A stretch of DNA of 64,000 nucleotides from Auanema rhodensis (GCA_964057225.1 OZ059898.1:10850001-10914000); one strand, 5' to 3'. Counted from the first letter of the stretch, positions 43,001 through 57,600 are shown. Program-made: numbers and translations. The notes: generated from the letters alone by a model not told the origin.

Positions 43001-46000
43001 AATATTTCTTAAATACTAATGGATTAATAAATTAAAAAAAACCCTAGTTGACTATATAACTATTTAATTTTTTGAGAAAATTTATATATTAAAGGGAATA
43101 TGGTGATGGGGGTGATGATGATGAGGGGGGGGGGGTGAAAAAACTAAAGTTATTACTTTCTTTTCTGACTTAATTATAAAATAATTATTAATATATAATA
43201 TATTTAACGTTTATATTAGTTCAAATTATTTACCTTCTTCCATAGCCGATGTTCCCATCCCCTCGGACTGATGTCAATTCATCTGTATTAGTTTGAGTTG
43301 TATTATTGAAATCACGTGTTGATTCAAGCTAAAAAAACAGTTCATTAAACAACATCAACTTCATCAACATTCAAACAGCTTTTATATGAAAAAATAAAAT
43401 AATAAATTGATCTTGATGACATAAATTACTTTCACAAATTGCTTCAAGAATAATATTAATCATATTCATCACTTCTTTTAAAATTATAATAAATTCGAAA
43501 CATAAATTATATGTGAAATATGTTTTTTTGTTCTTTTCTCAATTGTTTTTCTTCAGCTTTTCTCTTTTTTTTCATATACATATGCTGATGACACTGACCA
43601 AGAAAATGAAGAAGGCAAAATCTTTCCTTTCGAAATTAAAAAAAAAGGGTTTTTCTTAGTTATAATAAATATGTTGGAATGTAAAGCAAGCTGACTAATA
43701 ATGCTGTATTACTATGACGATGAAAAACTTACTGGGTAATCCCAATTACGACGTCGTGGCTGATTCTGTCGATTACGTCTCATACACAATACAAATCCAT
43801 AGATTATTAATAGCACATAACCAGTTATAGTAATTGCAATAAAACATATTCTCATATCATTCAAATATTGAGCCACATCGTGTAAGTCGTCGGCCATTCG
43901 AATGAACTTGTATGACTCGCTGAAAAGAAACAAAATTGTCGTATGAAATTCAATTTTCACGTGAAATATTATTCTTATTGTCGTTGTTTAGGATGAATTT
44001 TTGCTTTTCATTCTTATATTTTTCAGCTTTCTGTTGAAGATTTCTTGAAACTTTACGTGATTTTGAATGATTATTGAAACTTAAAAGTTTAGCATGATGA
44101 ATTAAAATTTATTTTGCACTATCAATCTTTATCACTCTTTATCACCCTTTTTCTTACCAAGTTGCACAACATTGAAAATAATCTGAATTTTTTCATATAG
44201 TTAATAAACCTTTTTTCAATAACATCTGATAATATAGATAGCATTAAAGACTTTGTCCTCTCAATATCTTCATCCCTGTGTGGCATGACAGTATCCTTAT
44301 ATTACATAAAGAATATTTATAAATGATTGACTAATACTCCTGTGAAATAAAATAAAATAAAATAGATAGATAGATATAAGTATAATGTAATGGCAAGATA
44401 TCAAGGTTATACAGCTGGATGCTTTCAGAGGATACTATGAAGGAAATGAATGTGGTCGAAAATCATATCAGAAAATTTTCTAAATATATCCTGGTTTTCC
44501 GGTATATTTTTATAAAATAATCTTGAGCAAAACTAATGGAAGATTTTGATCCATAAGCATTTCTTCTTCAAGAAATAAAAACGAAAAAAATAAAGGAATT
44601 CATAATAGTTTTCGTTTTTGACTCGAAAAGTCCCGGTAAGAAGGTTTTATTGGTGTTTGACAACAGAAAAAAACTTTTATTCTAAATAAAAAAAGATGCT
44701 TCAAAAGTGAAGATAAAGGAAGAGCTGAAAGCCAAGGGTGTGTATGTTCCTGCTTGACAGCAAAACCCAAATGGATATGAAAGCCGGTACAACAAAGGAA
44801 TTCGGAAAACCCGAATTGCTGATGAGCACACGGCATGGTTAAGCATAGTATATACGAAGATCCATTGCAGTTGTATTGAAGGGGATTTTTGCTCTTATTC
44901 CTCTTTTTTTTTTTGAGAAAAGGTACACGGCGTGTATGCGCTTTAGAAACTTGAAAGAGCAAGCTTCATATTTTGGTGAAGAAATAGGAGATGCTTTCTA
45001 GAGAATCAGAAAGGTAACTCAGAGAAATAAAGAAAACGAAAAAGAGAAAAACAGAGAAGGATGAAGAAAGAGATAGAATAAGAAAAAGAATAGAAAGAGT
45101 AGTATAGAGAAAAAAAGAAGGCCGAGTTAGTGAAGCTAGACAAGAAGGGCGTGAAGGTTGTTAAGATAAAGCACTTTCTTGCACTTTGTCCCAAAGATGT
45201 CACCCAAGGCCCCCTTATCCACAAATTTCTCCAAAAGCATACTTCAATTTATCAGAAATTAAGAAAAGTTATGAACAAATCAAGAAAGTGTTCGACATTC
45301 ACTTCGTGAAGCTCAGCAAAAAGCCCGCTCGTTTATTTGCAAGCAAATTCACGAACACAGTTTTCGTTTTAAAAGGAACTTAAATTGCTCCCACGTTCGC
45401 AAAATTCAGTTAATAATTTTTCTTGGCGAACTTCCGATAGTTTTGAAGAAAAGAATAAGGTGTATCAATGCCCTTTTGAGTGAAGTAGATAACACAAGTA
45501 AAGATTTTGAAATAAATCATATAACAGGTTGAATTTTTGTAAAATTGAATTGATATACGAATTTGAAGAAATGTTCGTGCATTCTGTTCGAACTTTCATC
45601 TTAGCATGGGACGGATTAAGGAAGAGGTCTTCTTCCTCTAAGAAAAGCTAGTTCTAAAAAAGACGAAAACATAAAAAAAAGGCTTTTGGCCCACATGAAA
45701 GACCAAGCAGTTCGCGTCAAAAAAATGATCAGAAAATGAATAAGTTTTCACTGACTCGTTTATGTTTCACAAATCCCTTTTGCGAATGTAAACACAAATC
45801 AAAAAAAAAAACTTTTTAGCTGAGAAAAAGCGTTTCAGACGAGAAATTTTTGACACTTGAGACATACGGAAAAGTGAATGACAAAGAAATATTATTAATA
45901 CTGAGAGTAGTATTAATGATTAATATTTTAATTTTTTATAAAATTGAAGAATATTTATAGATCATGAGAATGAAAGCATATTTAAAAGAAAATTAAAAAA

Positions 46001-46291
46001 AAATCTTTTGTTTCAATTCATATACATACGTTCAACTTCGTTTTTAACATGTCTCAAATGACTTTCAAAAAAAGGTAAAAGAAAGCAAAATGATGTTTAA
46101 GAAAAAGAAAAGTACTTGATAGGACAAGATTCATGGAAAAATAAAAAAATATGCACGACATTAAGAGAAAGTATAAACTGCATGATCGGAAGACATCATG
46201 ACTCTACCGGATGACAATACGACTTACTGACTACTGCACAACTAGCATATACAGCAACAGAACAGATTGCTAGAACAGCAGCAGTAGCCAT
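40077..46291 (-). CDS. Small single-pass membrane protein of unknown family with micro-exons and alternative last exons (about 173-208 aa depending on isoform)
   Basis: Exons: 46291-46228 (MATAAVLAICSVAVYASCAVV, donor GTAAGT); 44182-44158 (25 nt, NYFQCCATC); 43919-43733 (..MADDLHDVAQYLNDMR ICFIAITITGYVLLIIYGFVLCM RRNR.., a TM helix with basic stop-transfer); 43328-43234; 42300-42282 (19 nt); 41348-41228; then 41043-40909 or 40169-40077. All have GT-AG sites. The TM exon and those downstream are well supported. The two 5' exons are less certain, and the start could instead be ATG 43897. Confidence 0.72.
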
Positions 46292-48688
46292 TGTAGTAGC
46301 CGAAATAGGCAGTATCCACAGTTTTCAAATGATATTATTGGTTAGCACGACGTATAGGAAGAGATGAGAAGATGAAGCAAACATCAAGAATGAACTTGGA
46401 TAAATTATAAAAGTTTTGCTGTGACAAAATAAATTTTTTTTTTTAAATTTATCAGATGAGCGTACATACATGTAAATATATGCAAGTATGTGGCTTTCTA
46501 GATGAATGTATTTGGGTTGTTCTTACTCCCTCTATCTTTCCTTTCTCGATCTTGTTCTCTCTTTCTCTCCTCCCTCTCTCTGTCACTGTCTTTTTCTCTC
46601 TATCTTTCTTTCAGTCGTCGTGTGCTTCAGACTCAGAGCATGTTAGCACTGCTCTAATCACATCCTGAATTATTCACACGTCTTCAAGCAGCCGATCGGA
46701 CTCGGATTGCTTCAAGCTTATACTCATTATATTTGACTCTTTTTCTCATTTTCTCTCTCCTCATTAACAATATAGTTAGTTCTTTCTCATGTTACCTAAT
46801 TATTTCAATGTGTCAAGTTCCCAAATCGACATATTTTACGTAGAATTTCGTGAATGAGGTACGTGAAAATCTGTTAGTTTTCAAGATAGACAGTTGACAG
46901 GTTAATTACTCGTTTTCTCTTCTTCACAAATCTTCGTGCAAATATATTGCTTCTTGAAATTTATAGCATTCAGCTCGAACTATTTATATCATTTAGCATG
47001 TAAGTCGAGATCTTTCTAAATTGCCCTATCTGATTTCTTATTAGACATCAGCAGTAATTCATAAGTTATTTCTTCTTAAATGCATGTGAACCACTTACAA
47101 AGCTCATATCTTTATAATTTATTATAAAGATTCCTTGTTTATGTATGTCAGTATGACATAGTAAAGTTTTTAATAATTTCAAATAAGAAGTGCATATATA
47201 CAATTGGCTTTATTTTTATATTTTTCTTCTTTTATTTTATTTTGTTGATGTTGTTAGTAATATTTAAAAGTTCTTTCACATAACTTAATCTTTAGAATAA
47301 TTTCTTTTTCTTTATAATTAAATTTTTTTACTTTTATTAATTTTTTATCTCTTAAATATTCTATAACATTCCATGATATAGTATATAATATTTAATATAT
47401 TCCTTAAACTTACCCATAATCCGGTGGGCGATGAGCGTAGAAGTCCATCTCTCATTTATACAGTTGATATTCTTAAGAAACAATTTCAAAAATTAATTTT
47501 AATTCGAAAAAAATAAACGGAACGGTTCAAAATGTCAAAGAAAATTGAAAGAAATATTACTTTTGTTTAAAAATAAATAAATAAAGTTGGTCTTTGTTAA
47601 GGACTAAGATAATTCTATGAAACTTTGTATGAATTCAGTTTAGAAAAACAATGTAAGAAGTAGTTGAAGAGCTTATAATTTTATTTTAAAAGTGCAGTTT
47701 TTAGAAATGTCTCATCTAAGCTATGTGGATGATGTTACCAACTAGTACTGAATGTAATTACCTCAACAAAAGTTATTTTTTAGGTAAAATAAAGTTGAAA
47801 ACTAAAAACGTTTGAAAACAATTCACACGCTGGTCTATTGAATCTGAAAAATCGGTAACAGAGCCGAAAAAACATAAGAAAAAAAAAGAAAAGAATGATG
47901 AAGAAGAAGAAGAATAAGAGCATGTATCACTTTTTTTTTCTTTTTTTTGGCTTCCTGAGGGACAGCATTTTGATAGAAGATGAATCTCAAAGAAGAGGAA
48001 TAGAAAAAAGACCTTAAAGTAAAAAGGAAATAAGAATGTGATAGACATTATAATGAGCAAAAGATTGTGTGAAAATAGTTTTTTTCAACTCAAATATTAG
48101 GTAATTCGTTTATTATTTAAAGAATATTTGAATTTATAAGTATTGAACATCAATTCATTATTACATTATTCAGCTATAACATGCTTGTTTATCGTTGTCA
48201 TTGATGCTGATATTGAAGATCATGAAACAACTAAAGCTGATTCAAAATCTTTGAATAAATTGATGAAGAAAAGAAAAATAGTTATCATGTTTTTTTATTA
48301 TACAATTGCTTTAATCTTTAACGTTATAAGATTAAATATAAAGGAAAAAAACAAAAAAAGTATTCAAATTTGGAAAAGTTCTGAATGGATCGAGAATATG
48401 ATGGTGGTGATGGATATGAGGCTTAACAGTTGAATAGTAAATTGGTGTGCACAAGTTTTGATAGACATGCGGTTTGCTCTTCGTCTTCTGTCATCAAGGA
48501 AGACAAGAAAATGATGATGCAACTTGACGTATCAACTCAGGCTGAAGTTGATTTGAAATAACGATACTTCAAATTGTTGGCAGTCATTGCATAAGTAATT
48601 CATGAATTCAAAATTTGGATTAATTTAATTTTTGTTGAAGTTTGAAGAAAACTTAATTTCTTGAACTTCGAAAGTTTATGATAGTTTA

Positions 48689-48734
48689 GTTGGTTGGTTG
48701 GTTGTTGTTGTTGTTGTTATTGTTGTTGTTGTTG
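48689..48734. repeat. (GGTT)n/(GTT)n simple repeat
   Basis: Read directly from the sequence. Confidence 0.85.
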
Positions 48735-50725
48735 CTCAAGAAGTAAAAACAAATGATTACAACATTTGAATGAACTTTAAGGGAAATTAACGTTAAACTT
48801 GAAACTATGTGACGAAAGAAAATATTTTTTTCTGAAATAATTCAGAAGATGTATTCTAAGCTTTCAGCTAATTTAACTTTTTGTGAAAATGTGCATATGG
48901 TTGATAAATATAAGATCAGAAGATCGCAAGGTTTGTAAAGGATCGAAAAAGATATCCAATTTTAATCGGAACACTACTACGGAGGGGAGAAGTTCAAATT
49001 CCGCATTCAGGATTATAAAAATGAAGAAAGCAAAAGCAAAATGTTTCAAGTAAAGGGAATGGCATATCGCAATGTAAAACTAAAGTGGCTGATGTTGAAT
49101 AACGAATAATAGAAAAGGAATAAGTGAAAAGTGGAAGAAGGAAAAGAAGAAGCGGAAGTCAATGATTTCACTCCTCACTTGCTTATCCTTTGCTATTCTT
49201 CTTCTACTTCATGTGCTTCTTATTTCGGTATATATTTAGAAAATGAAGTGATGAAATGAACAAAATGAGGAGAAGAAAAAAGAGAAGAAAGAATTAGTTA
49301 GAAGAAAGAACCTGAAGATGATGCAAAATATAAGATTGATCAACTTCAGAAATCAAATTGTGAGGATAATGAGAATGCAGAAGATTAATAGCTGTGAAGC
49401 TCAGATTTTCAATGAACAAGAGCTCATATACATCATCATCTGCAATAGCATCATCCTTTCATTGAAATGTTATGCAGACACCAGAAACAGGCGTGATGAA
49501 TAGGAAACATTTGAAATCATTCATAATGATAGACAGAAAAAGCAGGAATCCAACGTTGAGAGCGAACTCAAGAGACGTCTTCTGCTTATGAGTTCAGCAA
49601 TCAAGTTGTAACATTAGGAAGCCTCTGTTCTTGTGCCCAGCATTAGACATTGGGCCGTCTTATCATGCTTATTCTTCACAAATTATAAAATGAATGTCAG
49701 TTTAGAGAGAAGAAATAATATAAAACTAGAAGTATGAGGATGCAAATGACGAAGGGAAAAATGCCTGAGCACATGGACATCACCAAAAGCAAGGGTAAGC
49801 TTGTTGAACACCGTTTGTCAATGTTTTGTTTTTTTTCTGAAAGCGAGAGAAAACATTTTTGAAATCATGTTTTTTCTCTTTTACATTTTTAATCAAAAAA
49901 ATATTCAAGAAGTAAAAAAGAAAAATGATGCAAGAAAAGCATTCCTTGAAGTGGATTTTTGATAAAAAGGCGTTTTCTCGACTTCTAGTATGTCTTTGTA
50001 AGAATTTAATTTCATCAAGAACAAGACTAATAGATGTACAATAGTATTTTCAAATTTGTCTACTTTCTGATCTTGAATGGAAAGTTCGTTTTGATGAGAG
50101 AAAGGACATCAAAGTCGAAAATGCTATTGTTCGTAATTACTGTGTTGGAAAAGATAAAGAAGCCCAAAAGGATTAAATGAAATTTTAAAAAAAATGTTTT
50201 TTTTTCCTTTTTTTTTCAAATAAACATTGTTGCAGCAGGTAGCGAAAGTTGGAAGAAAGTAAGAAGAAGCACCATTTCCATGTTTTTGAGATAATTCATA
50301 GAAACAAGAGAAAAAACTTTCTTCTTCTTCTTTTCAACTGAATGAATGGACAAAATGAATGTTGTAGTAGTAAGCTGTGTAGTATGGTCTAAAGACCAGC
50401 TGAAGCTGAAGCTGAATCAGAAAGCACTGAAGCTATGACAAAGATTAAGAGGACGGAAGGAAGGGCATGTAGAAACGATGGAAAAGGCTCATTGACCAGA
50501 AAGTTGGAACTCTGAATTTTTCAAGCTTTTCATCTTATTCTCAGACTATATTATTTAAATGTTTAACTATTTAATAATGCTCATAAATATGAAAATCAAA
50601 AATAAGATTTAGGTTTAAATTCGAAAAAAGATAAAAAATATGTGTTTAAGAGTTTCTTAAGAGCTGCTTGATGGAGCTACCGACATGCATGGTTTATTTC
50701 TTTTCTTTATTAACTTTTATATTTT

Positions 50726-50754
50726 CTTTCTCTCTCTCTCTCTCTCTCTCTCTC
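50726..50754. repeat. (TC)n microsatellite
   Basis: Read directly from the sequence. Confidence 0.9.
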
Positions 50755-51496
50755 ACGATTTCCATAAGGGTTATATGTCTTCGTTCGCTCTGTGTTTCTA
50801 GTGCATCTACTTCTGCCATGTATTCCCTTTTTAGTTGTTCCCACTAAAGCTCAGAAGGTCATGAGACATCGTAAACATAGCTTTTGCTACTTATCAACTT
50901 TGACTCCAAAGTAATACAAATTGAGGACAAAAATGAAAAATAGTTAAATAGAACATTTCATCATACTTTGAATAAATCTCATAATAGATCACAGCTAAAA
51001 AAACATCCATATTTATGGGAATAAAGCTGAGAACACAAAAATTGATAAAATGATTGAGCAGTCTGTTAAGATAATAAGGAGGAGAATACACAAGGAGGAG
51101 AATGCAAATGACAGCAAAACTCAACTTATGATATGAACGAATGGAAAACGGTAATCGAATGTTGGTAATCTTCTACATTTTTTTATGTTTTATTGAAGAA
51201 TGATAATAGAAGAATATTCTATTTACGATAGTATATGCAAGAACAACTGTTGTATAGACAAATGGTGTCATCATAGTGGGAGATACAGACGTAAATCCTG
51301 CTCAGTACTGCAATCGCAGCTTCTGACAGCTGAAATTTGGTGCCGATTTGATTGTGCGTGTCTATCTGTCGTCATGGTCATTGTGATGTCGTTTCTCAAC
51401 TGACTGCTATCCAAATTATGTGTTTCTGGTCCACTAACCTCATTACAATCTATTGTTCTTTCTTTATATCTCCATGTTACTGAGGTTTGTTGAAAT

Positions 51497-51606
51497 CTTT
51501 CTCTCTCTTTCTCACTCTGTCTCTTTCTTTCTCTCTCTCTTTCTCACTCTCTCTCTCTTTCTTTCTCTCTCTTTCTCTCGCTCTCTCTTTCTCTCTCTCT
51601 CTTTCT
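51497..51606. repeat. Degenerate (TC)n pyrimidine tract
   Basis: About 110 bp of TC/TTTC with a recurring TTTCTCACTCT sub-unit. Confidence 0.85.
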
Positions 51607-54559
51607 GTTCAAAAATTCTTCTTTGGTTTTCTTCTCAAAAGCTCATTTACAGATTTTCTTTTCTATCTATCTCTCTCTTTCTAACTTACTCTTCCAGAAC
51701 ATCTCATTTCTTGCGCTTCTTCTACTGCATGTGTACATAGAAGGATCCCACGCAAACATGAGCATGTATATCTTAGGTAATCGACAAATCCGTGTAATTC
51801 ATCATTTTGAAAAGAATAAAACGGTTATGGTTCTGTGTCTAAGATTAGAGGGTATTGTCATGAAAAAGGGAAATAGAAGAAAAACTGATTTGTTCCGATT
51901 ATTCCACCATAAGACATTTTTTCTTTTATACAACATCTTACAATAACAGAGAATTAGAATAAATTAGGAAAAAACAATACTTATAATGAAGTAAATCAAA
52001 ATTCATGAAAAATATCAATATAATCCAAGAATAATATAGATAATCAATTCCAAAAAATTCTTTTATATTTTAAATCAAATATGATAAGGATTAATGGTTA
52101 CTAATAGTATTTATAAATTTAAATACGTTTCAATATATAAAATAATGTATGTAAAAAGAAAGTTTTGGATTAAAATAGAAGAAGTAGTCCTTGGGGGAAG
52201 AAGAAAGAGCAAGCAGCTCATTGAAAAGATGCTCGAGATTTTTGAAAAGAAAAATATAGAGAATATACATATAGTTAAAGAATTTTATAAAAGCTATGCG
52301 TGTAAAGAGTACTTGTATACATCTCATTCACATCCCTTATTGGTTTTCTTTCTTCCAACCATACTACCGTCCAGTCTCGCATTCCCCCCCTCCCCTCTTT
52401 CTCTATCTCACTTTATCCTCTCTTCTTTTCTATTTCCAATGTTGCTGTTATTCTCTCGAACATTTCTCAATAATGAATATAGAACCTCTTTGAATTGAAT
52501 AGTTAGAGGTATAGTATATACATATTCTTATTAAAGTATTCTTCTTTCTTTATATTGTTTCGATGAAGAGCAATTTAAAGAGAGAACTTCATTGAATTCA
52601 ATGATATTAGCCACATCATCAAAAACTTTATAATATTATAGAAATAGTACTTTTTTGAGATTTTGCTCATAATCTCTTTATTCACGTTATTGTTTAAAAA
52701 AAACATTTCTATAGAGTTTTAGCAACGAGAAGGCTTAATGCCCTTCAATACTTGTCATCTCTATTTCTCATTCTCTCTATCTCCATTTTTCTAGCTCTGC
52801 CGTTTTCATTTCAAATGAATAAAAAAACTCTTCTGTACTGCCTTTCATGAAAAATGTGAAATAGTGCATAGATATATATAATTATAAATATTATAATTAT
52901 TTTTCTAAGCCCATTATTGCCCATTTTTTTAAGGTTTAGATAGTAGAAAAAGGTTTTTTTAAATCTTCAGTATATTTCGAAAAAAAAAGTCTAAAGAAGA
53001 TACAATCATAAATGAAATATATATGTATGTATAACATATATCAAAACAAATAAATGATCTAAGATTTTTGCAGGAGTATGAGGAAAAAGAGAAAATGAGA
53101 AAAAAATTTAATGGATAACCATTTAGAAAATGAAATGAATAAAGCTGATAGATTAAAACTGAAACCGAAGAATTCTTAGACAAGCTTGAAACGTTCAGGA
53201 ACTCTTTGCTGAATTGGGCTGTGAACGAAGTCAGAATACTAGAATATCATATTACGGGAATACCAAAAAGAGAAACAAGAAGTATATGAGTGAATAGAGA
53301 ATGGAATATTTCTATATCTTTCTCACTTTCTGTTTTATTCTCTTGTCATCCAAGCTACATGTGCTCTTTTGAATTCTCATTTCACACTAGTTATAGAGAA
53401 GCAATAAAGCCATCTTAAAAGTTCTATATTGAAACATCACAAATTCATACATGTCCATAAAACGAAGGACGACTGGTACAAAATGTGTTACTGAAGAGCT
53501 GAGAGAAATGACGACTGAAGAATATGCTTGTCCGTCGTTTGGCCGAATGTTCATCAATGTTACTAATTTGAGACATCCAATTCTAGCTAGATGATGCAGA
53601 TCTTGAATTGAGTTGTGGTTTTCAATTTTCCGTCTTACAGCGATATGTAAGCGTATACATACATATCTGGAGGAGCTGGGAGGGGGGGAGGAGTGTAGAA
53701 AAAAGAGACATGAGAGTGCAATAAGATCGAAAGCAAAAAAATTCGTTTAAGCAAGAAAAGTGTTAATCCTGAATCTGTACGTTGTATTTCAAAAAAAGTA
53801 GAAAATAGTTGTTATAGTTGAAAATATGGCAAACAAATGATTTTCTGACTTTCTTGAAGATGTTCACGTAACAGATATATAAATAAATATATATACTATA
53901 TATATATATGTATATACATACATATATATATATGTATTTTGCAAAGAAAGCTAAAGAACGACTTGCGGTCAATTTCAAACCGTTTAAAGCTTCTACAGAG
54001 ATAGTTTCCATTGTGCTTTTCCTCTCGTCCGCCCTTTTCGTTTTCTCGTCTCCTTGTCTCTCTCTCTCTCTCTTTCTCCCGAGTAATTTTAGTTATTTAG
54101 AGACTACAACATATAATGAGAGTATGAGTAGACAATAAAGAAAAAGAAAATGACAGAACGAAAAAAGGAAGAGGTTGTGAACGAGATGGATGAATCAGCT
54201 GGATACTTGGTCATAGGCCAACATTAATGACATTGCAAAGCCTAATTTGAACAATGGCATCCATAACGAAGGCTCATAACTAAGCTGACAATTAATGGAC
54301 AAGACACGCTTGTTGTTTACGAATAAAAAAAAAGAAAAAAAAAGCTTAATTCGAACTTTGGGTCATAGAACTTATTTCAAAGTTCAGAGATCTATCTCAT
54401 TTTTTCATTTGTTCGTCATTTGTGTTTATGTTGTTATGGTTTTATAAATTAAGAAAAATTGAGACGAACACAAATGATTAATAAACTATATCGAATGATA
54501 AAGATTTTTAAATATTATGTAGTACTAAGATTTCGGATAAGATTAACTTAATGAAAGGA

Positions 54560-54563
<4 letters not shown>

Positions 54564-54598
<35 letters not shown>

Positions 54599-54600
54599 AG
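54564..54600. repeat. (GA)n microsatellite
   Basis: Read directly from the sequence. Confidence 0.9.
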
Positions 54601-57600
54601 AAAGCAGAACCTAGGTAATTACTATAAACGTATCTCGTTGTCAAGGAGAATATATCCAAATTTAAGATCAGTATTCAATCCATAACTTCATATCATTCAT
54701 CTCTAGTTTTGAGTTATTTTTCTCAAATCTTCATTTTCTAGTGAAGAGTTTTTCCAAATATTTTCCCATTTATTGTAAACTTACCTGAATTACATATACG
54801 AAAGCAATATCAATTGTATTAATTTTTATTCATTGAACTTACTCCCTAAAGATTAATGTGAAAGAACCTTTTAAATATTTTCAAATTTATATAATTATAT
54901 TCAACTAATTTCACCCTTTTTTATTTTTTTGAAAATATAGTTTAAAACAGATTTTGTTTTATGTGAAGCTTGATTAAGCTTATCTATTTAACGTACCCTT
55001 TTATTGGTCCTCCTTCGTGTTCAGGTAAATTCAGGACATAGACACTCATTCGTTCAACTAATCGACCAGAATAATCTTTAACATTAAGTTTGTTTGTATA
55101 TCAACAATCAATTGAAGAAAAATAATAAAAAAAATAATAAAACGTAAAAACTGGGAGAAATGGCTGTGAAGTCGATAGGAAAGAAAGTAGGAAACCGTGA
55201 GTTCAACTTGAAGGCACTTGACATAAGTTCCGGATAACGATGGAATGATGAGAAAAGGAAAACTGGAGTAGGAGAACAAGTAAGCTAGAAGGATGGCTTG
55301 TATAACTCCTTCTATTGAATATAAAACTTTGAGCTTTCAAGGTGAATAGTAAGCATATTTTGATTTTCAAATTGAAAATCCGCTGAACATTGTGAAAGAA
55401 TGCTTGAACTGGTTTGATCAAGGGGTTTTCAAGCTTAACATAGTATGAGTTACAGGTTGAAGCTGCTTGTGTTAAGTTCAGAATGATGAAAGTGAAGGGT
55501 AATTCATATCCATCAAATTGAAGTTATAATGATTTGAAAATTCATCGTGAAACTACATAACATTAGTAGAAGATAGTTTTCATGTGATTATTGAATGACA
55601 AGCAAGTACAATCAGTTGTACTGATCCATCAACCTATTTGAAATCGGACATGCATCTAATAACCAGATGACATAGAAGACATTTTCAAAGAGAAAAAGAG
55701 AGAAAAATAGTAAAAATAGAAGAGAAGAAGTAAAAAGGAAAAAAGACATAGAGAAAAAGAAGTCAAGTCAAAGGAAATAAGAATACAAAAGAAAGATATA
55801 TCTCGGAGGGAAATGTTGCAAAGGATACGTGTCAGCTGCTGTTAGTTATCTATGGTTCAGACTACAAAAATAGATTGAGCATATACGGAAATTGAAATCG
55901 AATATCTGACACAATTGAGTTAATAAATATAAATAATCAAAAACTTAAACTTCTAATACTCGTATTCATTAGTATAGAAATTATGAAAAAATTACTTAAA
56001 TTACAGAAAAAACGTGACTGATTGAAAAAATAAAAAGATGGAATATAGCTGTGACCTGCATCTCATACATATTGTATCGTTTTGAGATGTCGATTTATGA
56101 AATCGAAACGGACATCAAAGTAATATGAAGACGGTGAGAACGTTGCAAATGGGTGGCGAAGAACAAACATAGAATAAGATTCTACGATCATATCCAGATG
56201 GTATATATTCATTTTAAACACATCTTTCTTAGGAAAAATGAAATTTGTTTCAAGACATCAAGTAGAATATGACAAATTGTGACTCAGACGACACATAGTA
56301 TCACCACGAAGGGATCTTCTGAAGTACTTCCACTTCAAATATGCCATATCTTGACTGAGGGATTCATCTGTCCACATACAGTTTGTGGAAGAATAATAAG
56401 CTTCGACATGCTTCGAGCATGTTATTCACTAATTTGAGTAACGCAAGTATTGGGGTAGAGCTCAAAATGGTTTTTTTTCTTTGCAGAAATAAGGTTCTAA
56501 AGTAGATGTAGAGTGGATCTCAAGAAGTGAAAAAGAGAAGCCACAAAGAAAAACGGAAAACATGAAGAAAATCTTTTTATCGCTTTTTTTTTCTATTTGT
56601 TCATTATTGCTATGAAAGGAAGATGAAGTGAGAAACGGAAAAAGAGTAAGAAAAATGGAGTAATGAAGGAAAATTAGAAGCTAAGAAAGATAGAATTTGT
56701 TTTATTTTTTCAATGTTCACATATAATTTTAATTCAGTGAATGAAAGAAGTTCTTCGGAACAAAGGTGCATATATTTCAGACTTTAGAGATTGCTTCAAT
56801 AATGATGATCATAGTGATAGTGAGGATTACACAAAAAATTTGAGTTGACAGCTTCCAATCATATTAGACAACGAGGATGCGTGCTCTGACAACTTAGCGT
56901 GCAATTTCTTCGTAAATGTCAATCACTGATCATAAAATATCATTTTATTCATCAACATATTAATCTCATCTTATTCAGATAAATGAAAATATGACTTGTA
57001 ATTGAAGATATAACATAGAGAACAAAACGCGTATGCAACTGCTTCATAAAATTATTTCATGATGATAACTGGAAAGGGAGAGGATATAACGAAAATCTGA
57101 AACTTTTCTGATGTATTGTGAATATTTAATATATAAAATGTCACATATATCTTACATTTGTGTCTTTATGCCCCCCCCCTCTCTCTATCTTTTTTTTGTC
57201 AGGGAGGATCAACGTATAGACGTTCTTTCTTTCCCCTGAAGGTATTTTCATAAAATAAAAAAGTGGAAAAAAATGGAGAGAATAACAAAATAGCAACACC
57301 CCTTGACACCAGCTTTGTCGTTCATTGTCACAAAAATCAGTGTCACTTCAGAAGTTTCCTTTGAATGATTTGAAGATGAAAATGAGTGTCAGCTGATAGC
57401 ATAGTTAAGATTTTTTGTTGAAATAATCACTCAAATCAATCAATATAGAAATATTTACAGATAAAATGTGAGAAGAACAAAAACATTTGAATGTTTGAAT
57501 AAATTAAGTACATCATATAGCCAATAGAATAATTAAATCACTTTATAATTGAAGGGACAATATTTGAAGGAAGCATTCAAAACCCGCCTTAGGGCATTTA

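Noticed and set aside
43675-43690. TGGAATGTAAAG matches the first 12 nt of miR-1
   Set aside because: The match breaks down afterwards and no star arm is present upstream.
44600-44962. 120-aa minus-strand ORF and a small AATTCGG/CCGAATT hairpin within the TM gene's first intron
   Set aside because: Non-ATG start, runs through homopolymers, and has no usable splice pair in phase with the gene.
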